Shown piece by piece: positions 9,805-19,317 of a DNA stretch of 64,000 nt (within the stretch, counting starts at the first letter, position 1; each line of letters begins with the position of its first letter). The notes under the pieces were generated by a model. That model did no database searches and was not told where the DNA came from. It saw only the letters and a program-made list of their open reading frames with translations. The stretch spans positions 2,060 through 66,059 of the forward strand of contig NDHX01000006.1 in assembly GCA_013626165.1 (NCBI GenBank). The letters run 5' to 3'. The position numbers and the translations under genes are program-made. This DNA comes from Candidatus Velesiimonas alkalicola (GTDB taxonomy: Bacteria; Omnitrophota; Gorgyraeia; Velesiimonadales; Velesiimonadaceae).

Positions 9805-11043
9805 TTAGTTAAACGGCGTCATTGTAAGAATTTTTTTAGCAATATCGGGATATTTTGCAATAAACCAGAGTTCTTCTTCCACAAGCGGTTTCTGATTGTG
9901 CACATTAGCGTATCTTGCAAGTTCAAGAATATTTGTGGCTTCCTGTTCATCTTTAAACTCTACTTCCATTTTATCGTATACATTTCTGAACCCTTTTATA
10001 CCAGAATATTCTCCAATAGTAATCTGCCTTCCGGTTTCAATAATTTCAGGCTCACCTCTTCCCAATTCCTCAAAATCATATAGTTCATAGTTTCGTCTAT
10101 TTTTAAGAGCACCATCAGCATGTATACCTGACTCATGAGCAAAAGCATTTGCACCAACGCCCGGCTGATTAATAGGAATGGGTATCCCAAATGCATATGA
10201 TGCATATTTACACAACTTCCATGCCATCTTTAGGTTAATTCTTTCATCTAAAATATACCTATCCTTATAACCGCTCCCGTGTTTTAATGCAAGAACAACT
10301 GCCACAAGGTCGGCATTGCCTGCTCTTTCACCCATACCATTGATACAGGTATTGATATAGGCATCTACTCCAGAGTCAACAGCCGCCATAGCGCCTACAA
10401 CGGAGTTCGCAACCACCATCCCAAGGTCATTATGACAATGCAGTTCAATTGGAATTTTGACCTGTCTTAAAATTTTTTTAATATTTTTGTATATTGTAAA
10501 CGGAGTATCATATCCTAATGTATCGCAATACCTGAATCTGTCTGCCCCTGATTTTTTTGCTGCTTGAACAAACTCAATCAAATATTCTATCTGTGTTCTA
10601 GATGCATCTTCAGCATTTACTCCTAAGATTTTTATGCCCATCTTTTTTGCCAGTTGGACAGCACTGCTCATTTCTTTTATTACAGCCACATAGTCCATCT
10701 TATCCTTGAATTTATGTGTAATCATCTGGTCAGATGTTGAAATTGAAAGATTCAAGTATTTTATATCAGGACATCTTTGCACCGCAGTTTGAACATCTTT
10801 TTCAATTGCTCTTATCCACCCGCTCAGTCTGATGGGAGACAGCACACCTCTTTTTGCTAATTCAAGATTAGCATTAAGATAATTTGTCTCATGAGATGTA
10901 ACGGGAAAACCAAATTCGCTTTGAAGCACGCCAAATTTATTCAAGTGTATATTAAGAAGTGTCTTCTGAAGTTTTGAAAGACAAATCCTTGATGTTTGCA
11001 CTCCATCTCTGTTTGTTACATCAATAATATAAATCTTCGGCAT
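9805..11043 (-). CDS. HMGL-like 2-oxoacid C-acetyltransferase (homocitrate/2-isopropylmalate/citramalate synthase family)
   Basis: 412 aa with an N-terminal DVTNRDGVQ motif (DxTxRDGxQ), an HxH metal site (LHCHNDLGM) and a TIM-barrel aldolase-like pattern. Confidence 0.7.
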   Translation of the reverse strand: MPKIYIIDVTNRDGVQTSRICLSKLQKTLLNIHLNKFGVLQSEFGFPVTSHETNYLNANLELAKRGVLSPIRLSGWIRAIEKDVQTAVQRCPDIKYLNLSISTSDQMITHKFKDKMDYVAVIKEMSSAVQLAKKMGIKILGVNAEDASRTQIEYLIEFVQAAKKSGADRFRYCDTLGYDTPFTIYKNIKKILRQVKIPIELHCHNDLGMVVANSVVGAMAAVDSGVDAYINTCINGMGERAGNADLVAVVLALKHGSGYKDRYILDERINLKMAWKLCKYASYAFGIPIPINQPGVGANAFAHESGIHADGALKNRRNYELYDFEELGRGEPEIIETGRQITIGEYSGIKGFRNVYDKMEVEFKDEQEATNILELARYANVHNQKPLVEEELWFIAKYPDIAKKILTMTPFN

Positions 11044-11122
11044 AAGACCCCTTTATAATAAAGATAATAAAAAAATAACAAATGACAAATGACAAATGGC
11101 GGTTTCCTGAACTGACAAAAAT

Positions 11123-12313
11123 TTAACCAATTCCCCTGATAAATTTTTCAAGTCTGTTTAATCCTTCAATAATATTTTCCATAGATGTTGCATATGAAAA
11201 CCTCAAATAATTATCATCGCCAAATACACAGCCTGGTACCACAGCAATATGGGCATAACTTAAAAGTAGGTCTGCCATTTGTAAAGAGTTTTCAATTGCA
11301 CGACCATTGAATTTTTGCCCTAAAATATCTGATATATTAACCCAACAATAAAATGCACCCTGCGGCATCACAGCAGATAATCCATTTATAGAATTTATCC
11401 TGCTAATAATATAATCCCGTCTTTTCTTAAACTCCATAACCATTTTACTTAAATCGCCTTGATCTCCTGTTAGAGCCTCCACTGCTGCTTTCTGCGAAAT
11501 TGAGACAGGATTTGAGGTAGAATGGTCTTGCAGATTAGACATTGCTTGAATAATCTGTTTTGGTCCTGCTGTCCAACCTATACGCCAGCCCGTCATAGCA
11601 TATGCCTTTGAAAGACCGTTCACAACCAATGTGCGTTCTTTAATTTCTTTACCAAGACAAGCAATACTGGTATGCTTTGTGTCATAGACAATCTTTTCAT
11701 AGATTTCATCCGAAATACAGTAAATACCGGATTGGATAATAATCTTGCTTATCTGTTCCATCTCACTTTTGGTATAAACCATACCTGTGGGATTAGAAGG
11801 AGAATTAAGTATAAAAAGCTTTGTTTTTGGAGTAATGGCATATTCAAGTTGATGGGGTGTAATTTTAAAATTATGTCTTTGTGTCGTTTTAAGAACAATT
11901 TCTTTTGCCCCGACTATTTGAATCATTTCCGGATAGCTTACCCAGTAAGGGCTTGGTAAGATTATCTCACTTTTTTCATCGCAAAGAGCAAAAATTATAT
12001 TAAATATAGAATGTTTTGCACCGCAGGATACAATGATCTCATCAGGTTGATATTCTAATTGATTGTCAGACTTAAACTTTTGACAGATTGCATCCTTTAG
12101 CTCTTTTATACCTGAACTTGCAGTGTACTTGGTAAAACCCTTATCAATAGCAGTTTTTGCCGCTTTTTTAATATTTATTGGCGTATCAAAGTCCGGTTCG
12201 CCTGTACCAAAATCAATAACATCAATACCCTCTGCTTTCATTTTCTTGGCTCTGTCAGTGATATTTAAGGTAGGCGAAGGATTGATATGACTTACCCTTT
12301 TTGAAATCAACAT
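11123..12313 (-). CDS. Aspartate/aromatic aminotransferase (class I PLP aminotransferase)
   Basis: 396 aa with the PLP-lysine region SKAYAMTGWRIGW typical of the AspC family. Confidence 0.8.
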   Translation of the reverse strand: MLISKRVSHINPSPTLNITDRAKKMKAEGIDVIDFGTGEPDFDTPINIKKAAKTAIDKGFTKYTASSGIKELKDAICQKFKSDNQLEYQPDEIIVSCGAKHSIFNIIFALCDEKSEIILPSPYWVSYPEMIQIVGAKEIVLKTTQRHNFKITPHQLEYAITPKTKLFILNSPSNPTGMVYTKSEMEQISKIIIQSGIYCISDEIYEKIVYDTKHTSIACLGKEIKERTLVVNGLSKAYAMTGWRIGWTAGPKQIIQAMSNLQDHSTSNPVSISQKAAVEALTGDQGDLSKMVMEFKKRRDYIISRINSINGLSAVMPQGAFYCWVNISDILGQKFNGRAIENSLQMADLLLSYAHIAVVPGCVFGDDNYLRFSYATSMENIIEGLNRLEKFIRGIG

Positions 12314-12615
12314 TCATAACTCCTGTACATCGCATAGAGAGGGTCACAAAAAACCCCATATGTGGGGAGCCATATTGTAGATAAAAGAAAGTTGCCGAAG
12401 GCAATTTGGGCGAAGGTGCGAAGTGGCTGAGCTGTATAGCCCGCTGTTAGGCGACGTGCCCAGCAAACCTTCATTAATCTCATTTTACTAATACCATCTC
12501 AGGGAGAATCCTCCCATAATACGAACAGCCAAATCCTTATGAATTGCAAAAAAGAGTTTTCGTGGTAGTCTTGCAACATAGCTTTCTATTGATTTGTAGG
12601 AAATAGGGGACGGAG

Positions 12616-13221
12616 CTAACTTAATAATTTAATCTTCCTCTTTTCCACTGCCATTTCCCCTTTAACTATATTTTTAGATACGGCAGGTTGGGAGATCTCT
12701 AAAAATCGCCCAATCTCTGTCGTGCTTATCCCTAACTGTTTACTTGCGAAATAACAAACTATTCCCTTAGCATCTGATATTAAATTAGCGCGTCCCTTTC
12801 TTTTTAAATCTCTGGTTTCCATGTTTAGTAACGCGCAAATCTTCTCAGATATGGTTTCCAAGCCCCATCCTTCTTTTTGGAACTTATCCCTTCTGTCTAA
12901 GGTTTCTTCTGCGTCCCGCAGTACCTTATTAACAAAATCACTATCTCCCAATATGCGTTCATCACCCCGCCAATATTCTTTCTTGCGTCTCATATTAATC
13001 AATTCAGACCAACCTCCTGCGCTTCGTAATAGTCCCCCCCCTGAAAAATCTATTGCAGCGATTTTACCAATGCCGTCAGCGATAAATTCTCTGTATTTCT
13101 TCACAGCTTCTTTTTTATTTTTTCCAAACCACAGCAAAAGTTCATCTACGCTCTGCCAGCTGCGTTTTTTATTACCCATTATAACGGCGTGTCCATTTTG
13201 TCTCTTATTCTTTCTTTCCAA
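12616..13221 (-). pseudogene. C-terminal fragment of an IS200-like (Y1) transposase-like protein with a DnaA_C-type HTH; the HuH domain is missing
   Basis: It contains DERILGDSDFV and a C-terminal HTH (GISTTEIGRFLEISQPAVSKN) typical of Y1_Tnp+Bac_DnaA_C proteins. No HuH/Tyr catalytic region is present, and it overlaps the neighbouring fragment out of frame. Confidence 0.45.
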
Positions 13222-13802
13222 TTTATAATATCTGCCAAAACATCTATAGATTCAACTTTAACTTTGCTTTGAAGCACACAAAGAGGAGATATATCAATAC
13301 CAACACAGTTTATACCCAAAAGTTGAGCCTCTAAGGCAGTTGTTCCACTTCCTATAAAGGGATCAAGAACACTATCACCTTGATTAAGTCCTATTATATT
13401 CAAAAGAGCCCTAATCATTTGGGGATGAAATTTACCTTTGTAAGGGTAAATCCAATGAGTAAGGTATTGATTGACAGACCTTGTTCTGTTTTTCTGAATT
13501 ATTTGAAGATAATCGGTAAATCTTTTACCAACGGATTTTAAGTATGCTGTTCGTTTTATCAATTTTTCGTCCAACTCATTTGATTTGTTACTCACTTTAA
13601 ACTCTCTCAATCCATTTGTGGTAACAAAATTACCGCCTAATGCCCTTAATTCTAATTGTGCCAATGACAGTTCATAGATAAATTGAACATTATCCAGCAA
13701 TGTTACATCTGAATTCACTGATTGTTTCATATCATAAGCCCAGAATTCTTGAATTTCCTCTGTTTTTTTCATCATCTTTTGTCCTTTATATGTTTCTGTC
13801 AT
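13179..13802 (-). pseudogene. C-terminal fragment of an N4/N6 DNA methyltransferase (motif I only)
   Basis: HPxxKP-like region plus VLDPFIGSGTT...GINCVGIDISP (AdoMet motif I of the beta-class N6_N4_Mtase family). No D/NPPY motif IV lies upstream, and the preceding sequence is AT-rich non-coding. Confidence 0.5.
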
Positions 13803-14018
13803 TAGTTTATCTCTTTATATTTATGGGCGAAATGGCGTATAACCGTTGGATAACCTGCAATCCCACTGATTTCAAATTTTAAATCCCCGTTTTCACAAAG
13901 ACAAGTTTTGATTGAATTCTTAAATTATTTAATTTTTAAACATTTAAAATTTAGAGTAAAGTATTGTTATAGCACTAAATATTATTAAGTTTATAATTAA
14001 AAAGCAATTTCAAAACTT

Positions 14019-14072
14019 TTGTCATTTGACACTTGTCATTTAACATTTGTCATTTGAGATTTGTCATTTTTT
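14019..14072. repeat. Four tandem 14-bp repeats TTGTCATTTNNNNN
   Basis: ttgtcatttgacac / ttgtcatttaacat / ttgtcatttgagat / ttgtcattt, immediately 3' of the oxidoreductase operon. Related TTTGTCATT runs occur at 11062-11085 and 58-85. Confidence 0.8.
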
Positions 14073-14089
14073 TATCAGAACGGCTAAGG

Positions 14090-14362
14090 TTAAACCATAG
14101 AGACAACAGATACAGCCTTAAATGGGCAGGTTTCTATGCACAACCTACAATTTTTACATCTACTTGTGTTAATAACTATCTTCTTCTCTTCGGGCTTAAA
14201 AATAATTGCATTAGGTTCGGGGCAGGCAAAAATACATAACCTGCACCCTTTACATTTTTCTTTATCAACCCCCGCGGCAAAATACATATCCTCTTTTTTA
14301 CCTTTCCTAATTAATATTCCTTTACCCGTTAGAAATATCAATTTTGCTATCTGGTTAAACAA
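14090..14362 (-). CDS. 2-oxoacid:ferredoxin oxidoreductase delta subunit (2x[4Fe-4S] ferredoxin)
   Basis: 90 aa with two CxxCxxCxxxCP motifs, as the last gene of the operon. Confidence 0.8.
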   Translation of the reverse strand: MFNQIAKLIFLTGKGILIRKGKKEDMYFAAGVDKEKCKGCRLCIFACPEPNAIIFKPEEKKIVINTSRCKNCRLCIETCPFKAVSVVSMV

Positions 14363-15077
14363 AATTTCTAACGGGGTTTATCTTCTCACTTGCCTTTCTA
14401 ACAATTTCCATATTTTTTTCTATCAGTTGGGCTACATTAGCAAATTTACTCTTCATAGTGTCATCAAGAGCGGCGGTGGTTGCAGAAGCCACGAATTTCT
14501 TTTTGCCAAACCTTTCTTCTAAAGACTCCTGCAGGGCTTTCAAAGAGACAACCTTAGTAATACCCACCAATGCTCCTAACATCGCAATATTGGTTGAAAG
14601 TTCCGTCCTGGCTATATCCATAGCAATAGAGGTAGCCGGGATATAAAACAGTTTTACCTTCAGTGTGATTAAGTTGCTCTTGTCCTCATCGGATAGACTT
14701 AAAGGTTCACTTGCATTAATTATCAACAGCCCTTCCTTCTTCAGTCCATCATAAAAAGGCATTGTATAACACTTTCCCAAGGTAATCACATGAGGATGAA
14801 AAATCATAATTATATTGGGATAAATGATTTCACCCCGCTCGTATATCTTCTCTGATGAGATGCGCACATAACTTTCAGCAGGAGCAAGCCTTTTTTCTGC
14901 CCCAAAGAAGGGATTGACAGTGCTAAATTTGCCGTCTCTAACCACGGCCCCGCCAAGTATATGGGCAGCGGTTACCACTCCCTGTCCTCCCAGTCCAGAC
15001 ATTCTAATGGTTAAATCATCTTGTTTTACCCCATTAAAAATATTCTTATCAACTACTGTCGTATTTTTTATCAGCAT
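14355..15077 (-). CDS. 2-oxoacid:ferredoxin oxidoreductase gamma subunit
   Basis: 240 aa with the GLGGQGV motif of the POR/KOR/VOR gamma family. It overlaps the delta gene. Confidence 0.8.
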   Translation of the reverse strand: MLIKNTTVVDKNIFNGVKQDDLTIRMSGLGGQGVVTAAHILGGAVVRDGKFSTVNPFFGAEKRLAPAESYVRISSEKIYERGEIIYPNIIMIFHPHVITLGKCYTMPFYDGLKKEGLLIINASEPLSLSDEDKSNLITLKVKLFYIPATSIAMDIARTELSTNIAMLGALVGITKVVSLKALQESLEERFGKKKFVASATTAALDDTMKSKFANVAQLIEKNMEIVRKASEKINPVRNFV

Positions 15078-15106
15078 TTTCTCCTTATATGTCCCAGCCA
15101 GAATTT

Positions 15107-15970
15107 CTAACGGGGTTTATTTACCACCTCCAATCCTTCCACAAATTCCTTTGCAGGAGGGCTTAAATATTCCTTTATTGGATAAGAACCATCTTTTTCT
15201 TTTTCTTTTGCTCTTTTTAAGGATTCTTGAGGCTTAAATTTGTAATTGGTGGGGCAGGGACAATAAATTTGAACATATGTTGGGCCTAGTTCTCTGGCAA
15301 TAAGAATTGCCTGTTTGACTACCTTTCCTAAACGTTTGGGACTGGCCGGAGTTATCGTTGCTGAATAGACACAGCCTGCATCGCGGGCAATCTCGGGCAG
15401 AGAAATCTTGGGGAATTTTTTCCCCGTAGGAGCCATATTAAGCACCGCTCCCTCACAAGACATACCGCTTTCCTGGCCGCCAGTATTGGAGTAAGACTCA
15501 TTGTCAAGCATTATGGTAGTAATCTTCTCTCTTCTGAACCAGGAGTGCATTACCATGCCTAATCCAATATCGCCAATTCCGCCATCTCCGCCTATTACCA
15601 CTACATCTTTTGCTTTTTGAGGAAACCGTATCTTTAAAGCACGCTTTAATCCTGTAGCAACCGCATTCTGGTTGCCAAAGAGAGAGTGGATATTGTGGAT
15701 GGCTACCTGAGAAAAGGATAGACTATTACAACCGGTTGTCCCCACAATCACTGTATCCTCAGGGTTGGGCAAGGATGCTAAAATTAACCGCAGGGAAAGA
15801 GCCAATCCGCAACCGGCACACAGAGGATGCTCTTCTATCAACTCTTTAAAAGTTCCTAATTTATCAACATCCAATCCCCTGCCATATGGGCCATCTTTAA
15901 CCAGGTTACGATAATCCTCAGGCATTATCTCTTCAAATCCGGGTGAGATTTTAACTATATTTGCACTCAT
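15107..15970 (-). CDS. 2-oxoacid:ferredoxin oxidoreductase beta subunit (TPP-binding)
   Basis: 287 aa with Cys ligands for the proximal cluster (CAGCG...GTTGC) and a TPP motif GGDGGIGDIG. Confidence 0.85.
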   Translation of the reverse strand: MSANIVKISPGFEEIMPEDYRNLVKDGPYGRGLDVDKLGTFKELIEEHPLCAGCGLALSLRLILASLPNPEDTVIVGTTGCNSLSFSQVAIHNIHSLFGNQNAVATGLKRALKIRFPQKAKDVVVIGGDGGIGDIGLGMVMHSWFRREKITTIMLDNESYSNTGGQESGMSCEGAVLNMAPTGKKFPKISLPEIARDAGCVYSATITPASPKRLGKVVKQAILIARELGPTYVQIYCPCPTNYKFKPQESLKRAKEKEKDGSYPIKEYLSPPAKEFVEGLEVVNKPR

Positions 15971-17132
15971 TTAAGGCCTCCTGCTGTTTTTTTATTTCAT
16001 TAGATATCAGTTCTACAGGCATTGTCATTCCGCCAAACACCCTCGGAGCACCAACCACCCTGGAATTATCTTCAATAACTGATTTAATCTCTCTTGCTAA
16101 CCAGCCAGTGATATTAAATTCAGGAACAATGATGGCTTTTTTGTTTTTGACCAATCTTCTAATCTCTTCTGCGGGAAAAGGTCTGAGTACTTTCAATTTC
16201 GCCAATCCTACTTTTATTCCCTCTTTTTCGGCTCTAATTATAGCCTCCTTTGCCTGGGAAGCCGCTGTTCCGGAGGCCACGATCAGGATATCGGCATCTT
16301 CGTTTTCAGTTTCAAGAAAACCACCTAAATATTTTTTTATATGTTTTCTTGCCCTTTCACCAGCAGCACGTACTTCCTGCTGCCAGGAGGCATGAGCAGC
16401 ATAACTTATAAAATTTGACTTCATCACAAAAGGATCCCGCATCTGTCTTACCGGTGGGGTTTCCATATCCATTACCGGAACAGGAGACATGTAAGGGTTA
16501 TATGAAGGAAGTTTAATATCCTCGGGAGGTACTTCTACAAGTTCTCTGGTGTGGGTAACAAAGAAACCATCAGCAAATACCCCGATGGGCAAATGGACAT
16601 CTGGCTTTTCAGCAATAATAAAACTTTTAAGAATCATATCAAAAAGATCCTGGGCAGTCTCTGCATGAAATATAAGCATCCCGGTGTCTAACATAAACCC
16701 TATTTCAATAGTATCCGGCTGGATAGTCAAAGGAGAGTTTACTCCCCGGCAAAAAAAAGCGCAGACAACAGGCAGTCTTGCCCCGGCCCAGGTAGGAAAC
16801 ATCTCAAATGCGCGCAATGTTCCTGGACCTCCGGTTGCGGTAAAAACTCTTACCCCTCCCATAGAAGCACCGGCAACTGCTGACATTACACCCAATTCAT
16901 CTTCTCCCCGGTAATAGTCTTTAAGATAGCCTTGGGCATAAATATCCCCTACTAAATGCATACTCTCTGACTGAGGGGTAATTGGATAAGAAACAGCCAT
17001 ATCTACATTGGCTCTTTTAATTGCTTCCCGGACTGCTTCACTACCTGTAATAAACTGTTTCTCTCTTCTGGCTTTAAAAAAGATCTCCTCTGGCTCTACT
17101 ATTTTTTGCTCAATCACTTTCTGTTCTATCAT
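15951..17132 (-). CDS. 2-oxoacid:ferredoxin oxidoreductase alpha subunit
   Basis: 393 aa with an N-terminal ITGSEAVREA...SYPITPQSE pattern of POR/VOR/KOR alpha. It overlaps the beta gene. Substrate specificity (pyruvate, 2-ketoisovalerate or 2-oxoglutarate) cannot be resolved from sequence. Confidence 0.85.
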   Translation of the reverse strand: MIEQKVIEQKIVEPEEIFFKARREKQFITGSEAVREAIKRANVDMAVSYPITPQSESMHLVGDIYAQGYLKDYYRGEDELGVMSAVAGASMGGVRVFTATGGPGTLRAFEMFPTWAGARLPVVCAFFCRGVNSPLTIQPDTIEIGFMLDTGMLIFHAETAQDLFDMILKSFIIAEKPDVHLPIGVFADGFFVTHTRELVEVPPEDIKLPSYNPYMSPVPVMDMETPPVRQMRDPFVMKSNFISYAAHASWQQEVRAAGERARKHIKKYLGGFLETENEDADILIVASGTAASQAKEAIIRAEKEGIKVGLAKLKVLRPFPAEEIRRLVKNKKAIIVPEFNITGWLAREIKSVIEDNSRVVGAPRVFGGMTMPVELISNEIKKQQEALNECKYS

Positions 17133-17782
17133 CTCCTGCCTTTTCTTTCTGCTTTTGCTCTTTTTATCACCTCTGTTAGTTGTCTTACCTTTTCAGTATG
17201 TACATCCCTTAATGTAATCATCGCATCTTCATGACCGTATTCTCCGCACAAAGCTATAGTATAACAATTGGTTCCACCGCGGACAATTTTTAAGGCAAGA
17301 TTAGCGTAATGACAGTGCACGCCTATAAAGACACAAACATCAATCTTATTATGCCATATGGTAAGGTTGGGATGGTTGGGATTGATTTCTTCTCTGGGAT
17401 TAATCGTTGGATATTTTGGCCTGTAATCAGGCATAGGAATTATCTTTGCAGGAACCACCTCTGTCATTTCTTTTACTGCTTTTGCTTTTTCTACTGCTTT
17501 CTCATTCCAGGCCCAGAGAATGAGCGGTCCTGGAAAAAAGAAAGGGTTTTTTGCAGAAAGTAATTTCTCCGCTATTTTTTCCATTGCCTCTTCTTCAGGC
17601 ACAATCCTACCTTCCACCAATGCCTCTCCTTCATCAGGAAGCACCACTCCCATAGAAGCCGCAGATGGTGATAAGTAGCCCTCTGGCCCAGCAAGAACAG
17701 GGTAATCAACTTTTTGCATTTTTCTTCCTATGTTAAAAGTCAAATAATTCCACACCGAAGACCCGTGTTCCTTAAGAGACAA
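17129..17782 (-). CDS. Uncharacterised protein, possibly CdhB/CO_dh-like (DHS-like NAD/FAD-binding fold)
   Basis: 217 aa. The AKNPFFFPGPLILWAW and IDVCVFIGVHCHYANL segments resemble the CODH/ACS epsilon subunit and the ETF-alpha C-terminal fold. It is translationally coupled to the alpha subunit gene. The assignment rests on motif recall only. Confidence 0.3.
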   Translation of the reverse strand: MSLKEHGSSVWNYLTFNIGRKMQKVDYPVLAGPEGYLSPSAASMGVVLPDEGEALVEGRIVPEEEAMEKIAEKLLSAKNPFFFPGPLILWAWNEKAVEKAKAVKEMTEVVPAKIIPMPDYRPKYPTINPREEINPNHPNLTIWHNKIDVCVFIGVHCHYANLALKIVRGGTNCYTIALCGEYGHEDAMITLRDVHTEKVRQLTEVIKRAKAERKGRR

Positions 17783-17856
17783 GTTGGAACAGGGGCAAAA
17801 GAAGAGGAATTGTGAAAACTATGATATAACATTGTTTAAGATGTGTCAAGAAAAAA

Positions 17857-19038
17857 TTACTTTCCAAACAATTTTTTCAAGTTTAAGATCAAGACCGGGA
17901 CAATCTCATTTAAGTCTCCTACAATCCCATATGTTGCAAACTGAAATATAGGTGCATTGGGGTCTTTGTTTATTGCAATGATTACACTTGAGGATTGCAT
18001 ACCTGCAAGGTGTTGTATTGCCCCTGATATTCCAACCGCAATATATAATTTTGGACATACTGTCCTACCTGTCTGCCCAACCTGGTGAGAATACGGCATC
18101 CAACCAGCATCCACCGCCGCCCTTGATGCACCGACAGCACCACCTAATACTGATGCAAGTTCCTCAATCATCTTAAAGTTTTCCTGCTTGCCAAGCCCTC
18201 TGCCACCTGATACGATTATATTTGCCTCTGAAAGATTTGCGGTTGATATGGTTTCGTCAAACCTATCAAAAAATTTCACTCTTGAATACATTATTCGTGG
18301 TTCAATACTTTCAATTATTACCTCTCCTTTTCTTGAAGTGTCTGGGGTTGCCTCTTTCATTACCTTGTGTCTTACTGTTGCCATCTGTGGTCTTTTATAA
18401 GGGCATAGTATTGTTGCCATAATATTACCGCCGAATGCAGGTTTTGTCTGCAACAATAATTTTTTTTCTTTATCAATATCAAGCCCTGTGCAATCTGCTG
18501 TAAGACCGGTTTTTAATTGAACAGCAACCCTTGGTATAAGAGATCTTCCGATAAATGTAGCGCCTGTAAGAACAATCTCAGGTTTATATTTATTTATAAG
18601 ATATGTTAATACATTACTGTATGCCTCATCTAAATAATCTCTTAAAACAGTGTCATCTACAACATATACCCTGTTAGAACCCTTTGATATAAGTTCTGCT
18701 GCATGCTGTGTTATATTTTCACCCAAAAGGACACTGCATAGTTCTGTATTAAGTTTATCTGCAAGTTCTCTTCCCTCCCCAAGAAGCTCATATACCACTG
18801 TCTGAATCTTCCCTTGTTTTTGTTCTGCAAATACCCACACACACCCATATTGTACGGATTTTTCATCTCTTACAATTGTAATAGCATTAAACTTACAAGC
18901 CTTTATACAGGCATTGCAGAGCGTGCGGTTTTCATTGATAACAGTAATCTTATCTATAACACCAATTGCATCAGACAAGCAAGCCTTTATACACAAGAGG
19001 CAACCGATACTCTTGTTCTTATCAACATTTATTGACAT
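17857..19038 (-). CDS. Electron transfer flavoprotein alpha subunit with an N-terminal 2x[4Fe-4S] ferredoxin domain (LctC/CarE-like EtfA)
   Basis: N-terminal CLLCIKAC...CNACIKAC. The C-terminal FAD-binding signature is YIAVGISGAIQHLAGMQSSSVIIAINKDPNAPIF. No etfB is adjacent. Confidence 0.8.
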   Translation of the reverse strand: MSINVDKNKSIGCLLCIKACLSDAIGVIDKITVINENRTLCNACIKACKFNAITIVRDEKSVQYGCVWVFAEQKQGKIQTVVYELLGEGRELADKLNTELCSVLLGENITQHAAELISKGSNRVYVVDDTVLRDYLDEAYSNVLTYLINKYKPEIVLTGATFIGRSLIPRVAVQLKTGLTADCTGLDIDKEKKLLLQTKPAFGGNIMATILCPYKRPQMATVRHKVMKEATPDTSRKGEVIIESIEPRIMYSRVKFFDRFDETISTANLSEANIIVSGGRGLGKQENFKMIEELASVLGGAVGASRAAVDAGWMPYSHQVGQTGRTVCPKLYIAVGISGAIQHLAGMQSSSVIIAINKDPNAPIFQFATYGIVGDLNEIVPVLILNLKKLFGK

Positions 19039-19317
19039 ATCATCTCCTTATTTTAATGCAGGGTTGACTTTTGAATATTATAACAAAAAAAGATTAAGAC
19101 AAATAAAAATGTTTCTATTATTCCCGTGTAAGATTACCCCTACGAAAATAGAGGTTTGCTCCTGCTTGCAAGAAAAATTTTAAAAGCCGAATTTCCAAAT
19201 TGAATTGGGGAATAACACAAAGACTTCCCCCTTTTTTGACTTACACTTTCTTTAGAATACAATTCAATAGGTAAAGTTTTACCCATTGAAATAAACTTAA
19301 AATATTTTAACCAAGAT

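Noticed and set aside
12330-12600. Possible ncRNA or IS end in the spacer upstream of the transposase-like fragment
   Set aside because: It contains a small hairpin (ccccatatgtgggg) but no cloverleaf or recognisable family features, so there is insufficient evidence.
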